DNA of 64,000 nt. Source: Candidatus Latescibacterota bacterium (lineage in GTDB: Bacteria; Latescibacterota; UBA2968; GCA-2709665). The stretch is taken from positions 1,856,001 through 1,920,000 of the forward strand of contig CBDCOX010000002.1 of NCBI GenBank assembly GCA_965219995.1, read 5' to 3'. Position numbers and translations under genes: made by a program. Below, one piece after another: positions 18,872-29,771 of the stretch. The stretch's first letter is position 1; every line of letters begins with the position of its first letter. The notes below the pieces were generated by a model. It worked only from the letters and a program-made list of their open reading frames with translations, ran no database searches and was not told the origin of the DNA.

Positions 18872-21838
18872 TTACCATCGGGCTTCGATCGTCCGGACGA
18901 CGCGAAACCGGGCACCCGCCTCGAAATCGGTAACGAACCCCTTCGAATAGTCCAGTTCCTCCACCATTCCCCGCACGAAATCCACGTCTCCCACGTCGAT
19001 CAGTGTTCGACCGCCCACCCTGCGGACGTCGTGAATTCGATAGGTCGCGTCGCGTTCGTTCTCGTTCTCAACGGAAATGAACCCGCCCCGGAGTCCATCC
19101 GCGGGCGGCTCCGAGGAAGTCCAGATTTCGCCCGGTTCGTACGCTTCCACCGTGCCCCGCCATACGCCCTGCGGCGCATGGATGGACCGGTCCCGGGTTC
19201 CGAGAACACTGCCCCCCACCAGCATACCCCACCGGGCAGTATCGTTCACCTCCGAATATACGCCCAGACTCCCGTCGAAGGTGATGCGGCCGTCCACCTC
19301 GATACAGGAAACGCCGTCGCCGAAAACCAGCGTATCCACCCGACCGCCCGGCAATTGAACCTTCAGCGACCTCGCCGGACCGGATACCGCAATCTCCTCC
19401 GCGGAACGGACGACGCGATCGCCTTCGTAGGCTTCGACCAGGCTGAGAAACGAGGATTCGAGCCCGTCGCCCCCTTCGTGCGAGGCAACCCCGTACGTCA
19501 GTCGCCTCGGGTTTCCGGGTTTGTTCTGCGGCGGGTCCCCGTGGCACAGCGCTACTTCTCCCGGCGGATCGAACAGACTCCACCGCAGATGCACGTCGGT
19601 CATCAGCGGCTTCCCGGCGGCCCGGGAACGAGTTCTCACCATCCAGGTATCCTTCACGCGCCAGTCTACCGAAACGACCCGCTCCGGCGCGGTGCAGCGC
19701 CGCACGTCGTACAGATATTGAAAGCCGCTTCCCCTGTACCCGTTCAGGTCCACGACGGACCCGTCGTAAAACTCTCCGAATCCGACGTCCTCTCCGGCGT
19801 ACGTCCCGCGAGTCTGCGCATCCAGGCGCATCCCCGATGTCGTCACGCCGCCCTCTGCAGCGTGGAACAGGAAATGGTGTGAACGCCCGCCGGACACGCG
19901 GAACAGATCCACGACGTAGAAATCCCTTTCCGACACACGCACCAGAACGCTGCACCGGGCGTAGGCCGGGCACTGCGCATAGACGTCGGGAGAGGATACG
20001 GATATCGCCTGAACCTGCTCCGCGAATCCGGCGAAATCGACCTTCCCGGTATAGGTGCCGTTCTGCGGACTTCGATCCACCAGTACCGTGTTGTGCGAGA
20101 CCGTGTGGTTCGTCCAGCCCGACCGTTTGGGCCAGACCCGCGCGTGCTCGGGATATCCAAGGTCCGGCAACAGATCCAGGCCGAAGGCGTAAAGACCCAG
20201 ATTCAAGCGGTCCGCGTGTCCATGGCCCCTGTTGCGGCCGTAATACAACCACAGGGTCCGTTCGAACGCTCCCTGTCCGTCGCGCAGCATGGCCAGACCG
20301 TATCCGGTCATCACGTCGGAGGTCAGCCGGAGCGGCCCGTACCTGTCCACCGCCTCCGCGATCCGGGACCGTATCGACTCCGGGTCAGGATCCGTAATCG
20401 CGCCGTGCACCTTCGACAGATCACCGCCGGCCAGATGAACTGCCGCCTGTGCCAGTTCGGGGTCTCCGAAGATTTCAAATCCGTACAGGCATTGCTCCAG
20501 GTCCACTCCGCCCAATCCGGGGCTTCCCGTACTGCCGCTGTCCCCGATGGACGGGACATAGCGGTTCAGCGCCGTCACCCGCAGAAACGCCAGGTACATC
20601 TGGCGGTACCGGGAAAATTCGCGGACCGCGTGGCGTGTGTACGATGGTCGCGACCCGAGGATCATCTCCAGCGACCGCATTCCCAGAGGCCACCTCAGCC
20701 AGCCCAGGCTGTATCCCGGCGCGCCTTCCGACCCTACGCCGTCCCGGTCGATCTCCCGGGCGAAGAGCAGGGGAATATGCCCCCCCGTGGGCTGGCGGCC
20801 GATCAGGAATCCCTCTTGAAAGATCCAATCCAGCAGGTCATCCGTGCGATCGTCGTCCAGGGCGACGGCCAGAAGCGCCATGGTCGCCTGATCGCCAGGC
20901 TCGTTATGGTGGATATCGCCTTTGAGAATGGCGTCGACACCTTCGCGCAGGATGTGGCTTTCGATATGCGCGCACAACGCATCGGCGGAATCCTGTTCGA
21001 CGAGCCCGTGCAGCGACTGCTTTGTCCGAAGAAACCGAAACAGCTCGTCTTCGTCTTTCCAGGCCGTACGAGCCAGGTCGAAACATTCGGCAAACGCCTT
21101 CAGAAGGCCGGGCTCCCAGATCCTCCCGTAGATGCGACCCCTGCCGCTGAGTCCGTCGGAATTGAAAAACCCCTGCCGCGCCCAGAACGACCAGTCCATT
21201 TCGGGGTAGACATCCGCGATGCGGGCGAGCAGTACTCCCGCCTTGTGGGCGTAAATGCCTTTCCCCGTCAGCAGAAACGCTTCGCGTAACGCGCTGCAGG
21301 CGGAGCTGATCTCGGACCAGATGCCATAGTGTGCATAGACACCGATCAGTTTGAACGACTCCCCTGCCCCGTCGGTCCACCCCGTGCCGTCATCCACCGC
21401 GAACATATGCTTCGGATCCCGCGGGTCCGGATGGTCGGCGTTGAAAAGCAACGTCCTGTCCGCACGTTCCGGGTCGAATATCCCGTTCGCCGCGATCCCG
21501 CTCTGGTAAAACGCTTCGAAGTCGTTCGTGGGAAAGCGGCCGCTGCAGGAGGGACATCTGATCTTCCATGGGTCCGCCAGCACATCGACGTCGAACCGTC
21601 CGCCATGCCGATAGATTCCCTGACCGCATTTCGGACACCCTTTTTCGACGCTCGCATTCGTGCTGCGCCCGATCGTCTGGCCCGTCACCATCGACCAAAG
21701 CCGGTCGTCATCGAAACAGACCCATCGTTTCGCCCTTTCAATGGCCGCATCCCGCCGCGCGGCCGCCCAATCGAAACGCCTGACGTTTCGCCGGGCGTTC
21801 GCGACCTGCTCCGGCGTAACCAGTTTCGCGCTTCTCAT
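18872..21838 (-). CDS. Large heparinase II/III-like protein
   Basis: Start reassigned to ATG 21838 (SD GGAGG). Motifs DGVGSEGAPGY, GHGHADRLNL, DLGYP and SHNTVLVD. N-terminal CxxC/CxxC; no signal peptide. Confidence 0.8.
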   Translation of the reverse strand: MRSAKLVTPEQVANARRNVRRFDWAAARRDAAIERAKRWVCFDDDRLWSMVTGQTIGRSTNASVEKGCPKCGQGIYRHGGRFDVDVLADPWKIRCPSCSGRFPTNDFEAFYQSGIAANGIFDPERADRTLLFNADHPDPRDPKHMFAVDDGTGWTDGAGESFKLIGVYAHYGIWSEISSACSALREAFLLTGKGIYAHKAGVLLARIADVYPEMDWSFWARQGFFNSDGLSGRGRIYGRIWEPGLLKAFAECFDLARTAWKDEDELFRFLRTKQSLHGLVEQDSADALCAHIESHILREGVDAILKGDIHHNEPGDQATMALLAVALDDDRTDDLLDWIFQEGFLIGRQPTGGHIPLLFAREIDRDGVGSEGAPGYSLGWLRWPLGMRSLEMILGSRPSYTRHAVREFSRYRQMYLAFLRVTALNRYVPSIGDSGSTGSPGLGGVDLEQCLYGFEIFGDPELAQAAVHLAGGDLSKVHGAITDPDPESIRSRIAEAVDRYGPLRLTSDVMTGYGLAMLRDGQGAFERTLWLYYGRNRGHGHADRLNLGLYAFGLDLLPDLGYPEHARVWPKRSGWTNHTVSHNTVLVDRSPQNGTYTGKVDFAGFAEQVQAISVSSPDVYAQCPAYARCSVLVRVSERDFYVVDLFRVSGGRSHHFLFHAAEGGVTTSGMRLDAQTRGTYAGEDVGFGEFYDGSVVDLNGYRGSGFQYLYDVRRCTAPERVVSVDWRVKDTWMVRTRSRAAGKPLMTDVHLRWSLFDPPGEVALCHGDPPQNKPGNPRRLTYGVASHEGGDGLESSFLSLVEAYEGDRVVRSAEEIAVSGPARSLKVQLPGGRVDTLVFGDGVSCIEVDGRITFDGSLGVYSEVNDTARWGMLVGGSVLGTRDRSIHAPQGVWRGTVEAYEPGEIWTSSEPPADGLRGGFISVENENERDATYRIHDVRRVGGRTLIDVGDVDFVRGMVEELDYSKGFVTDFEAGARFRVVRTIEARW

Positions 21839-21967
21839 CAGGCAAACCTCCTTTTCAGCCCGTAACCCTGTGGAGAATGCGACAAGATACGCGCCACGCG
21901 CCCGATGATCAACGGTTTTGTGACCGCGCGCAATTTGACAATCGGCCTGTGGCTCTGCCAATATAGG

Positions 21968-21996
21968 TTGACTTGGAACTCCCACCCGCCTATCAT
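21968..21996 (+). promoter_or_regulatory. sigma70-like promoter for the 22034-29763 run
   Basis: TTGACT-17 nt-TATCAT, about 40 nt upstream of the SD and ATG 22034. Confidence 0.65.
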
Positions 21997-22033
21997 ATCG
22001 CCCGTCGGCCCCCACACCACGGAGGATCTTCCG

Positions 22034-23440
22034 ATGTCCCACAGCAGCCTCTTCACGTTCCGTACCCACGGCGGTGTCTGCGCAGGCGAGACCTGGATTT
22101 ACGATCACGACGAGCCCATCGCGCGTCTCGAAGACAGAGTGATCGAACAGCCGGAACAGAACCTGCGTTATTTCAACGGCAACGCCAAACCCGTCAATCT
22201 GCGGGACCTGAAGCTGGGCCCCGGGGGGCGCCCGCTCGTGTGCGGCGTCCAGATGTACTGGGTGTTTCAGCACCGTGTCCTGGCCACCACGGATCTCATC
22301 GATATCCAGGTGGCAGGCCAGGAAACCGACCAGCTCGTACTCACCGTGACCACCGCGGACCCGGGCGGCGTTGCCACCTCGCGTCGTGTGCTCACGTTAA
22401 CCTACGACGTCGAACTGGCATCGTACATTTATGACTTCAGGGCGCACCTGGATATCCACAGTCCGGAAGCACTGGACGGAGAAGAAAACGTCCACTTCGA
22501 GTATTGCGACCCCTGGTACAGCGACATCCCCGGACCGACCGTCGAATTCCCGGGGATGTGGCGGAAACGATACTCGCATCTCCTGGCTGAAACCGGAGAC
22601 GGGACCGTCTGGCAGATGCCGCTCAACCACATGGCGACCGGCATTCCCGGCCCCGGACCATTCAAGCCGGACGCCGTATTCGTTCTGGCTCATGATCCCG
22701 GCAACAACCCGGCGTTCGAGTTCTGTGGCGCGACGGCCGAACGCACGACGCTGGGTGTCTGCAACTGGGGATACGACATCCATTTCGCGGGTCACTACAC
22801 ACGCGACGAACTCTACGCGCCTCTGTGCGAGCACTTTCGCATCCGGCTCTGTCCGGATCGGAAAGCGGCGCGAATGATGGCTCTGGCGGAGCCGGTTCCC
22901 AAAGTCTCCTACAACGGCTTTGAGGAACTTCCCGTCTACGAACGCAAAACCAGTTTTGCCAATGGATTGCAACTCAACAGACCCACCGCGTGCAACACCG
23001 ATCCCTGGCCCTGGCTTCCGGAGGGAGAGGGCGCGGAATGGTGCAGGAATCACGGCCGGTCCGACCTTTTTTCGCTTAAAATCAGCAAACTGTCGGACGG
23101 ACCCACCGAATGGATCATGGACCGTGAGAGCGACGGCGCCTGGACCGAGAGATGGACCCTCTCGACCGGCTTTCGCGTGACCGTGTACGTTAAGACCGAA
23201 AACGTCCGGGGTCACGGCGCCTTTCTGGCCCTGCGCTGGGGCGTCTTCAACGAACCCGAAAAATATCCCTATATAAGCTCGCGGAAGCTCACAGGCACCC
23301 ACGACTGGACGCGGGTCAGCGCAGAGATCCGCGGACCGTCGCCGCCGGACAGCGGCGCCGTCTACCTCATCCTTCGCCAGGACGGCAGCGGCACAAGCTG
23401 GTTCGACGACCTGGAAGTCGAACGTCTGTCGGCATGTTGA
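22034..23440 (+). CDS. Hypothetical protein with a C-terminal CBM4/9-like carbohydrate-binding fold
   Basis: ATG 22034 with SD GGAGG. C-terminal VYVKTENV...LTGTHDWTRV...GSGTSWFDDLEV is a jelly-roll signature. Confidence 0.6.
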   Translation: MSHSSLFTFRTHGGVCAGETWIYDHDEPIARLEDRVIEQPEQNLRYFNGNAKPVNLRDLKLGPGGRPLVCGVQMYWVFQHRVLATTDLIDIQVAGQETDQLVLTVTTADPGGVATSRRVLTLTYDVELASYIYDFRAHLDIHSPEALDGEENVHFEYCDPWYSDIPGPTVEFPGMWRKRYSHLLAETGDGTVWQMPLNHMATGIPGPGPFKPDAVFVLAHDPGNNPAFEFCGATAERTTLGVCNWGYDIHFAGHYTRDELYAPLCEHFRIRLCPDRKAARMMALAEPVPKVSYNGFEELPVYERKTSFANGLQLNRPTACNTDPWPWLPEGEGAEWCRNHGRSDLFSLKISKLSDGPTEWIMDRESDGAWTERWTLSTGFRVTVYVKTENVRGHGAFLALRWGVFNEPEKYPYISSRKLTGTHDWTRVSAEIRGPSPPDSGAVYLILRQDGSGTSWFDDLEVERLSAC

Positions 23441-23534
23441 GGAGGCGTGTTGTTGATCGGGAGCGATTCCGACACGGCCCGCTGGCGACGGCAACGACCC
23501 TCAAAACCCACGAATTTCAAACCCGGTAGGAAAA

Positions 23535-24452
23535 ATGAACAGGCGTCGCGCGCCATCTCCTGTAGGATTTATCGGCCTGGGGGCCATGGGCGGCGGAATG
23601 GCCCGAAATCTGTTGGAAGCGGGGTTTCCGTTGCTCGTATACGACACCAACAAGGAGGCGGTGGACCGGATCGTCGTGTCAGGGGCACGCGTGGCCGAAA
23701 ATTTACACAGGATGGCGGCGGCATGCGACCGGATCATCCTGATGCTTCCGGATACCGGGACCGTCGAATCCGTACTCTTTGGAGATTCCGGCCTTTTTGC
23801 CGGCCTGAAGGCGGGACACATCGTCGTCGATTGCGGTACGACACACCCCGAATTCACCCGCCACGCCTGGAGAATCCTCGGTCGTCACGGCGTTGAGTTC
23901 CTGGATGCTCCGTGCAGCGGGATGAGTACGCGCGCGGCGGAAGGTAACCTCACGGTGATGGCGGGCGGCAACAAAGATGCCTTTACCGCCGTCGAGCCGC
24001 TTCTGAATGCCGTGGGCTCGTGCATTCTCTATATGGGCGGTTCCGGTAAGGGACAGCTTGCCAAAATCGTCAACAACACCCTCTTCAACATCTCCTGCGC
24101 GGCGCTGGCCGAAGTGCTTCCGCTTGCGGTCAGGCTCGGCCTGAACGCGGAAGAGATGTGTAAAGCGGTGAAAACCGGCAGCGGACAGAGCTACGGCTTC
24201 GACACCTTCGCGCCTATGGTCCTCGAACGGGATTTCGGACCCGGTTATCCGATGGCAAACGCCAGCAAGGATATCGACGCCATCACCGAGATACTCGAAA
24301 ACGAAGGGGTGTGTCTGCCTGTGATCTCCGCCGCCGCCGAGACCTATCGCGCGGCGCTGGACAGGGGTCTGGGAAGCCTGAACAAGGGCGGAATGATCCA
24401 CGTCTGGGAGGCGGCATTGGGCGTCGAAGTCCGAAAGGATTCCCCGCGCTGA
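23535..24452 (+). CDS. beta-hydroxyacid dehydrogenase (3-hydroxyisobutyrate/tartronate-semialdehyde reductase family)
   Basis: GFIGLGAMGGGMA, FLDAPCSG, GNLTVMAGG and AKIVNN. Confidence 0.9.
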   Translation: MNRRRAPSPVGFIGLGAMGGGMARNLLEAGFPLLVYDTNKEAVDRIVVSGARVAENLHRMAAACDRIILMLPDTGTVESVLFGDSGLFAGLKAGHIVVDCGTTHPEFTRHAWRILGRHGVEFLDAPCSGMSTRAAEGNLTVMAGGNKDAFTAVEPLLNAVGSCILYMGGSGKGQLAKIVNNTLFNISCAALAEVLPLAVRLGLNAEEMCKAVKTGSGQSYGFDTFAPMVLERDFGPGYPMANASKDIDAITEILENEGVCLPVISAAAETYRAALDRGLGSLNKGGMIHVWEAALGVEVRKDSPR

Positions 24453-24489
24453 ACCCGGGCCGGTCGCAGGCGAGGTACCCATCGATCCG

Positions 24490-25758
24490 ATGAAGGCGAA
24501 CACCGACATCCTCATTATTGGCGGCGGCTCCATCGGTGTCTGCACCGCCCACTATCTGTCGGAAGCAGGGAAGGACGTCGTCCTCGTTGACAAAACCGAC
24601 GTCTGCGCGGGCAGTTCTTACGGCAACCAGGGCCTGATCGTTCCCAGTCACAGCATTCCGCTCGCCGCCCCCGGGGTTATCGGGAAAGCGCTAAAGTGGA
24701 TGTTCGATCCCGGGAGCCCGTTCTACATCAAGCCACGGCTGGACCTGGACCTCATCAAATGGCTATGGCAGTTTCAGGCCGCCTGTACCCCGGCGCGGAT
24801 GCGACCATCCCTCGCCGCCTTGAGAGATCTCAGCCTGGCCAGCGTGCGGCTGTTCGCGGAAATCGCCGCCATCGACGGCCTGGATTTCAGCTTCAGGGAA
24901 AATGGCGGCCTTATGGTTTACGGGACCGAAAAGGGACTGGAGGGTGGCATCCGGGAGGCCGGCCTCCTGTCTGAAAGAGGCATCCGTACGGAAATCCTCG
25001 ACACGGACGGACTCCGAAGGCTGGACCCCGCGGCCAACTACAGTGCCGCGGGCGCCGTGTACTATCCGCAGGACGCCCACCTCGTTCCCTCAAGATTCGT
25101 TACGGAACTCGCCCGGCACGTTGCCGAAGACGGCAAGCGCGTCAGGATTCATCCTTCGACGGAGGTCATCGGCTTCCAGGGACGAAACCGCAGGATCCGG
25201 AGGGTCATAACCACGCGGGGCGAATTCAGCGCGAACGAAGTCGTACTCGCCGGCGGCGCGTGGTCGCCGGCCATTGCCACGGAACTCGGCATTAAACTGC
25301 CCATCCAGCCGGCCAAAGGCTATAGCGTCACTTTCGAACGACCGGACCGCTGTCCCTCGATTCCGGCCTCGCTCTCAGAAGCCAAGGTTGCCGTCACGCC
25401 CATGGGCGATATGCTGCGGTTTGGCGGCACCCTGGAACTGGCCGGGATGGACATGTCCATCAACAAACGGCGGGTGGCGGCCATCCTCAACGCCGTACCC
25501 CGCTATCTGCCCGACCTGAACCCGAACAGACTGAAACACATCGAAACCTGGCGCGGCCTCCGCCCCTGCACCCCGGACGGCCTGCCCTTTCTGGGGCGCA
25601 GCCCGACGTACGATAACCTCACCATTGCGGCCGGACACGCCATGATCGGGATCTCGCTGGGACCCATTACCGGAAAACTCGTCTCGCAGGTGGTCACAGG
25701 CCGGACGCCGTCCATCGACCTGGCACCCCTGCGGGTGGACAGATTCGCCAATTATTAG
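24490..25758 (+). CDS. FAD-dependent D-amino acid dehydrogenase (DadA/DAO family)
   Basis: IIGGGSIG, SSYGNQG, PAKGYS, WRGLRPCTPDGLP and GHAMIGISLGP. Confidence 0.9.
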   Translation: MKANTDILIIGGGSIGVCTAHYLSEAGKDVVLVDKTDVCAGSSYGNQGLIVPSHSIPLAAPGVIGKALKWMFDPGSPFYIKPRLDLDLIKWLWQFQAACTPARMRPSLAALRDLSLASVRLFAEIAAIDGLDFSFRENGGLMVYGTEKGLEGGIREAGLLSERGIRTEILDTDGLRRLDPAANYSAAGAVYYPQDAHLVPSRFVTELARHVAEDGKRVRIHPSTEVIGFQGRNRRIRRVITTRGEFSANEVVLAGGAWSPAIATELGIKLPIQPAKGYSVTFERPDRCPSIPASLSEAKVAVTPMGDMLRFGGTLELAGMDMSINKRRVAAILNAVPRYLPDLNPNRLKHIETWRGLRPCTPDGLPFLGRSPTYDNLTIAAGHAMIGISLGPITGKLVSQVVTGRTPSIDLAPLRVDRFANY

Positions 25759-25869
25759 ACCTGCGGGGGAGAACAAGGGCAAACGGACGCAAGCGCCTCG
25801 CAGACGGCACGGCACCCGCGCAATCGCAGAATCGCCCATCCGAACCGGAAAGCCAACGAAAGGTCGCAC

Positions 25870-27348
25870 ATGCCCGATTTCATCCGTTCCGACAAACCCA
25901 ATGTACTGCTGATCTGTACCGATCACTGGAGCGGGATGCTCACCGGCGAGGCGGGCCATCCGGTCGTCTCCACGCCGACGATCGACCATCTGGCCAGGTG
26001 CGGAGTCTCCTACACGAATGCCTATTCCGCATGCCCCTCCTGTATACCCGCCCGCCGCTCCCTGTTCACCGGCATGAGCCCGAAAGCAAACGGCATGCGC
26101 TCGTTTGTCGACGGCGTTGACTTTCCCGATGCGCCCACGCTCGCCCAGTGCTTTCGCGACGCGGGATATCAGGCCTACGCCGTGGGGAAACTGCACGTCT
26201 ATCCTCAGCGCGACCGGATCGGCTTCGACGACGTCCTCGTGGAGGAGCAGGGGCGGCACGTCCATCATGACATTCCGGATGGCATGGCCGACGACTATGA
26301 GCTCTTCCTGGCCGAACAGGGGTACGGAGGACAGGAGTACGCCAGCGGGATGACACAGAACGAATACATCGCCCGAACCTGGCACCTGCCCGAATACTGC
26401 CATCCGATAAACTGGGCGGCGAGGGAGATGTGCAAAACCATCCGTCGACGGGATCCGAGAAAGCCCGGATTCTGGTACCTCTCCTTCTCCGCGCCGCATC
26501 CGCCCACGACGCCGCTGCAAACCTACCTGGATCTCTACCGGGACGTACCTCTGGACGAACCTGCCACGGGCAACTGGTCGGAAAACTTCGATGACCTTCC
26601 TTACCATATCAAGACACTCAGCAACCCGGACAACCTCGCGATGGCGCGCGCCAAGCCGCACGAATGGGAATTCTCGCGCCGCGCCTATTACGCAACGCTC
26701 ACCCATATCGACCATCAGATCCGGGTCGTCATCGGATACCTGCGGGAATGCGGACTCCTGGACAACACCATCGTCGTCTTCACGAGCGACCACGGCCACA
26801 TGGTCGGAGAACACGGCCTGTGGTGTATGACGCCGTTTTACGAAATGTCGGCCAGGATTCCTCTGGTCGTCATGCCCGTCAGGGGTGACGCTCGTCTTCC
26901 CGCCGGAACACATGACGGTCGCCTGGCCGAGTTCGCCGATATCATGCCGACCCTGCTGGACCTGACGGGCGTTCCCGTCCCGGACCAGGTCGACCGGCAG
27001 AGCCTGGCAGGCGACCGGCGCCGCGACGAACTCTACGGCGAACATGGAGAAGGTTCCGCGGCGATGCGTATGGTACACGACGGGCGATTCAAACTCATTT
27101 ACTATCCCGTAGGAAATCAGGCTCAGCTCTTCGACGTCGAAAATGATCCGCGGGAAACTCGGGACCTCGCCGGCGATACCGGCCACGCCGGCATCCTTGA
27201 CCGGCTCAGGAATCGTCTGGTCGCGAACCTCTACGGCGAAGATCTCAACTGGATCGAGGACGGCGAACTCGTCGGCCTTCCCGCCAGGGAATACGTACCC
27301 TCGGCCAAGCGTGCGATGCGCGGCCAGCGCGGCCTTCGGTATATGTGA
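25870..27348 (+). CDS. Formylglycine-dependent (Cys-type) sulfatase
   Basis: PNVLLICTD, CIPARRSLFTG (CxPxR), GKLH, PHPP and TSDHG. No signal peptide. Confidence 0.93.
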   Translation: MPDFIRSDKPNVLLICTDHWSGMLTGEAGHPVVSTPTIDHLARCGVSYTNAYSACPSCIPARRSLFTGMSPKANGMRSFVDGVDFPDAPTLAQCFRDAGYQAYAVGKLHVYPQRDRIGFDDVLVEEQGRHVHHDIPDGMADDYELFLAEQGYGGQEYASGMTQNEYIARTWHLPEYCHPINWAAREMCKTIRRRDPRKPGFWYLSFSAPHPPTTPLQTYLDLYRDVPLDEPATGNWSENFDDLPYHIKTLSNPDNLAMARAKPHEWEFSRRAYYATLTHIDHQIRVVIGYLRECGLLDNTIVVFTSDHGHMVGEHGLWCMTPFYEMSARIPLVVMPVRGDARLPAGTHDGRLAEFADIMPTLLDLTGVPVPDQVDRQSLAGDRRRDELYGEHGEGSAAMRMVHDGRFKLIYYPVGNQAQLFDVENDPRETRDLAGDTGHAGILDRLRNRLVANLYGEDLNWIEDGELVGLPAREYVPSAKRAMRGQRGLRYM

Positions 27349-27402
27349 CCGTCATCGCCGCGAGACCCACACCACGCGGTCACCCACCGGAAGGAGCCTT
27401 GC

Positions 27403-29763
27403 ATGCCCTCATCCGCAGCCGAAACGTCCGTCCGCGCGGTCACGGTGATGATCTACACCCGTTACGAATATCGCAAGGTGTACGCCCGGGTCCACCTGCT
27501 CGGCGAAACCCATCTCGCGCCAGGGGGCAAAGTGGAACTGGTTCTGTACAGCACGCGCTCCGGGGAGACGAGAGAAACCAAAGACGTCGAAGCGGTCGGG
27601 TGCGACGAAGTCGCCTTTGACACCGGGGAGATTCCGTCGGGCTGCTGCGACTTCAAAGCGACCTTTGTCGACCGGTTCGGCACCCGCTTCGCCACCCGTA
27701 CGTTGCAGGACAAGTGGCCGGGCGACCTTCCGTGGCTGGGGTCCCGCGAGGGGATCACCCGGCGGATACCCGGTCCATGGACGCCGCTGAATGCCACCGA
27801 AACCGGAGACGGCCTGGAAATCACCTGCTGGGGCAGAACGTACACCTTTTCGACAACCGCCTTTGCGGCGCAGGCGACGTCTGCCGGCAGCCGGCTGCTT
27901 GCCGGCCCTCTGAGGCCGGTCGCCCGTGTAAACGGTAAAAAGGTCCGCTGGACCGGCGGCCGTTTCGAACTGATCTCGGCGGAGAGAGACCGGGCGGTGT
28001 TCAACGTACGTTTCGAGTCCTCTTCGAGTCTGACCGTGTCGGCCAGACTTGAAGTCGACTTCGACGGGATGGCACGAGTCGACTGGTCCGCCACCGCCGG
28101 CACGATCCTGCGCCTCGACGCGCTTTCGGTTGAAATGCCCGTTCTGAAGGACCACGCAAGATACCTGTACCACTTTCCCGGTAGCTGGGGCGAAGCCAGA
28201 AACGTCGGCGCGCTGCCGAAGAGCGATATCAAGATGGGGTTTCGCCCGTACATCTGGCTGGGCGACGAGGACCGGGGCATCTCGCTGTTTGCGGAGTCGG
28301 ATGCGGGTTTTCACGTCCGTAATCCGGGGAAAGTGACCGAAATCGTCCGTCGCAAGAACCGGGTACGGCTACGCGTCCACTGCGTCTCGACCCCGATAAA
28401 ACTCCTTCCGGGCAGCCGTCGGAACGGGCAATTTACCGGTTTCGGAACCGAAGACCTCAAGCCGCTCACGCCCGGCGGGGTCGTCACGGACGAACTTCGC
28501 TACACCTTCGGATTCCAGGCCACGCCCGTCAAGCCCGTTACGGAGGACGCCTGGGACCAGCGCGTCTTCTGCATCGGCCAGACCACGACGGGTTTCAGTC
28601 CCCGATTGGACGTTTCCGACGCCCTCCTGGACAGGTGCGTGGAGTCCGGCGTCCGGGCCGTCGTCCTCTTTGAACACTGGGCCGACGCCGAAGCGTACAC
28701 CCGGACGCCCCACGCCGCCGAAGTCCGGAAGATCGTCAGCGCCTGCAAGGACCGTGGACTTCAGATTTTGCTCTACTTCGGTTTCCTGATCTCGGACATC
28801 ATCGACGAATGGCAGGCCGTGGGCAAAGACGCGCTCATCCTGCCCAAGGGCGGATATCCTGTCTTCCACTACCAACCGCAGCCCGAACAATCCGCCTGGC
28901 GGGTCTGTCTCAACAGTCCCTGGCAGGACCTGCTCACCGACGGAATGGCGAAGATCATGGATGAATTCGACATCGACGGCGTCTACCTGGACGGGACCGA
29001 ATATCCGTTCGGCTGCTGCAACACCGAGCACGGATGCGGTCATGTAAGGGCTGACGGCAGCATCGCCCAGACCTATCCCATCTTCAGTACGCGCTCGGCG
29101 ATGCGGCGCATTTACGAGATTGTAAAGTCCCGCAAGAAGGACGGACACGTCAATGTTCACAACTCCACCTGCATGACCATGCCCACCCTCGGTTGGGCGA
29201 CCGGTTACTGGGACGGCGAGCAGTTCCAGGGTGTCGGCGGCGGGGTGGACGTTGCCAAACTTCTGCCTCTGGATGCTTTCCGCGCCGAATTCATGGGTCG
29301 CCAGTGGGGCGTTCCCGCCGAATTCCTCCACGCGGGCGCCGCCTACACGTATGAACAGGCCTGGGCTTTCACGCTTCTGCACGACGTTCCCGTCCGGCCC
29401 CACAATGCGGACGATGACCTGGACCTCGCCGCCCGGATCTGGAGGGTCATGGACGCATTCGACCGCAAAAACGCCGATTGGCTTCCCTATTGGCGAAACA
29501 AGGACCAGATCGGCGTTTCTCCAGGGAACGCGCACGCCAGCATCTATCGCCACCCGGAAAACGGCGTCCTTGCGGCGATCTCCAATATGGGCGGCAAACG
29601 CCGGACCGTCACCGTCAGGTTGGACCGGAAGAAGCTGGGCCTTACGGGAACCTTGAGTGCGAAGGATCCCCTGAACAACAAAACCGTCCCAATAAGGGAC
29701 GGTGTATTGGAGTTTCCTCTTTCCAGCCTGGAGTGGAAACTCATCCAGGTGGTCGATGGCTGA
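27403..29763 (+). CDS. Putative glycoside hydrolase (DUF6067-like)
   Basis: PGPWTPL, YIWLGDEDRGI, FGFQATPVKP and a TIM-barrel-type IDGVYLDG motif. SD GAAGGAG. Confidence 0.6.
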   Translation: MPSSAAETSVRAVTVMIYTRYEYRKVYARVHLLGETHLAPGGKVELVLYSTRSGETRETKDVEAVGCDEVAFDTGEIPSGCCDFKATFVDRFGTRFATRTLQDKWPGDLPWLGSREGITRRIPGPWTPLNATETGDGLEITCWGRTYTFSTTAFAAQATSAGSRLLAGPLRPVARVNGKKVRWTGGRFELISAERDRAVFNVRFESSSSLTVSARLEVDFDGMARVDWSATAGTILRLDALSVEMPVLKDHARYLYHFPGSWGEARNVGALPKSDIKMGFRPYIWLGDEDRGISLFAESDAGFHVRNPGKVTEIVRRKNRVRLRVHCVSTPIKLLPGSRRNGQFTGFGTEDLKPLTPGGVVTDELRYTFGFQATPVKPVTEDAWDQRVFCIGQTTTGFSPRLDVSDALLDRCVESGVRAVVLFEHWADAEAYTRTPHAAEVRKIVSACKDRGLQILLYFGFLISDIIDEWQAVGKDALILPKGGYPVFHYQPQPEQSAWRVCLNSPWQDLLTDGMAKIMDEFDIDGVYLDGTEYPFGCCNTEHGCGHVRADGSIAQTYPIFSTRSAMRRIYEIVKSRKKDGHVNVHNSTCMTMPTLGWATGYWDGEQFQGVGGGVDVAKLLPLDAFRAEFMGRQWGVPAEFLHAGAAYTYEQAWAFTLLHDVPVRPHNADDDLDLAARIWRVMDAFDRKNADWLPYWRNKDQIGVSPGNAHASIYRHPENGVLAAISNMGGKRRTVTVRLDRKKLGLTGTLSAKDPLNNKTVPIRDGVLEFPLSSLEWKLIQVVDG

Positions 29764-29771
29764 ACGGCGCG

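Noticed and set aside
21839-22273. N-terminal extensions of the 1133-aa (-) and 511-aa (+) ORFs, which overlap each other
   Set aside because: Internal ATGs with GGAGG SDs (21838 and 22034) and a promoter between them remove the overlap.
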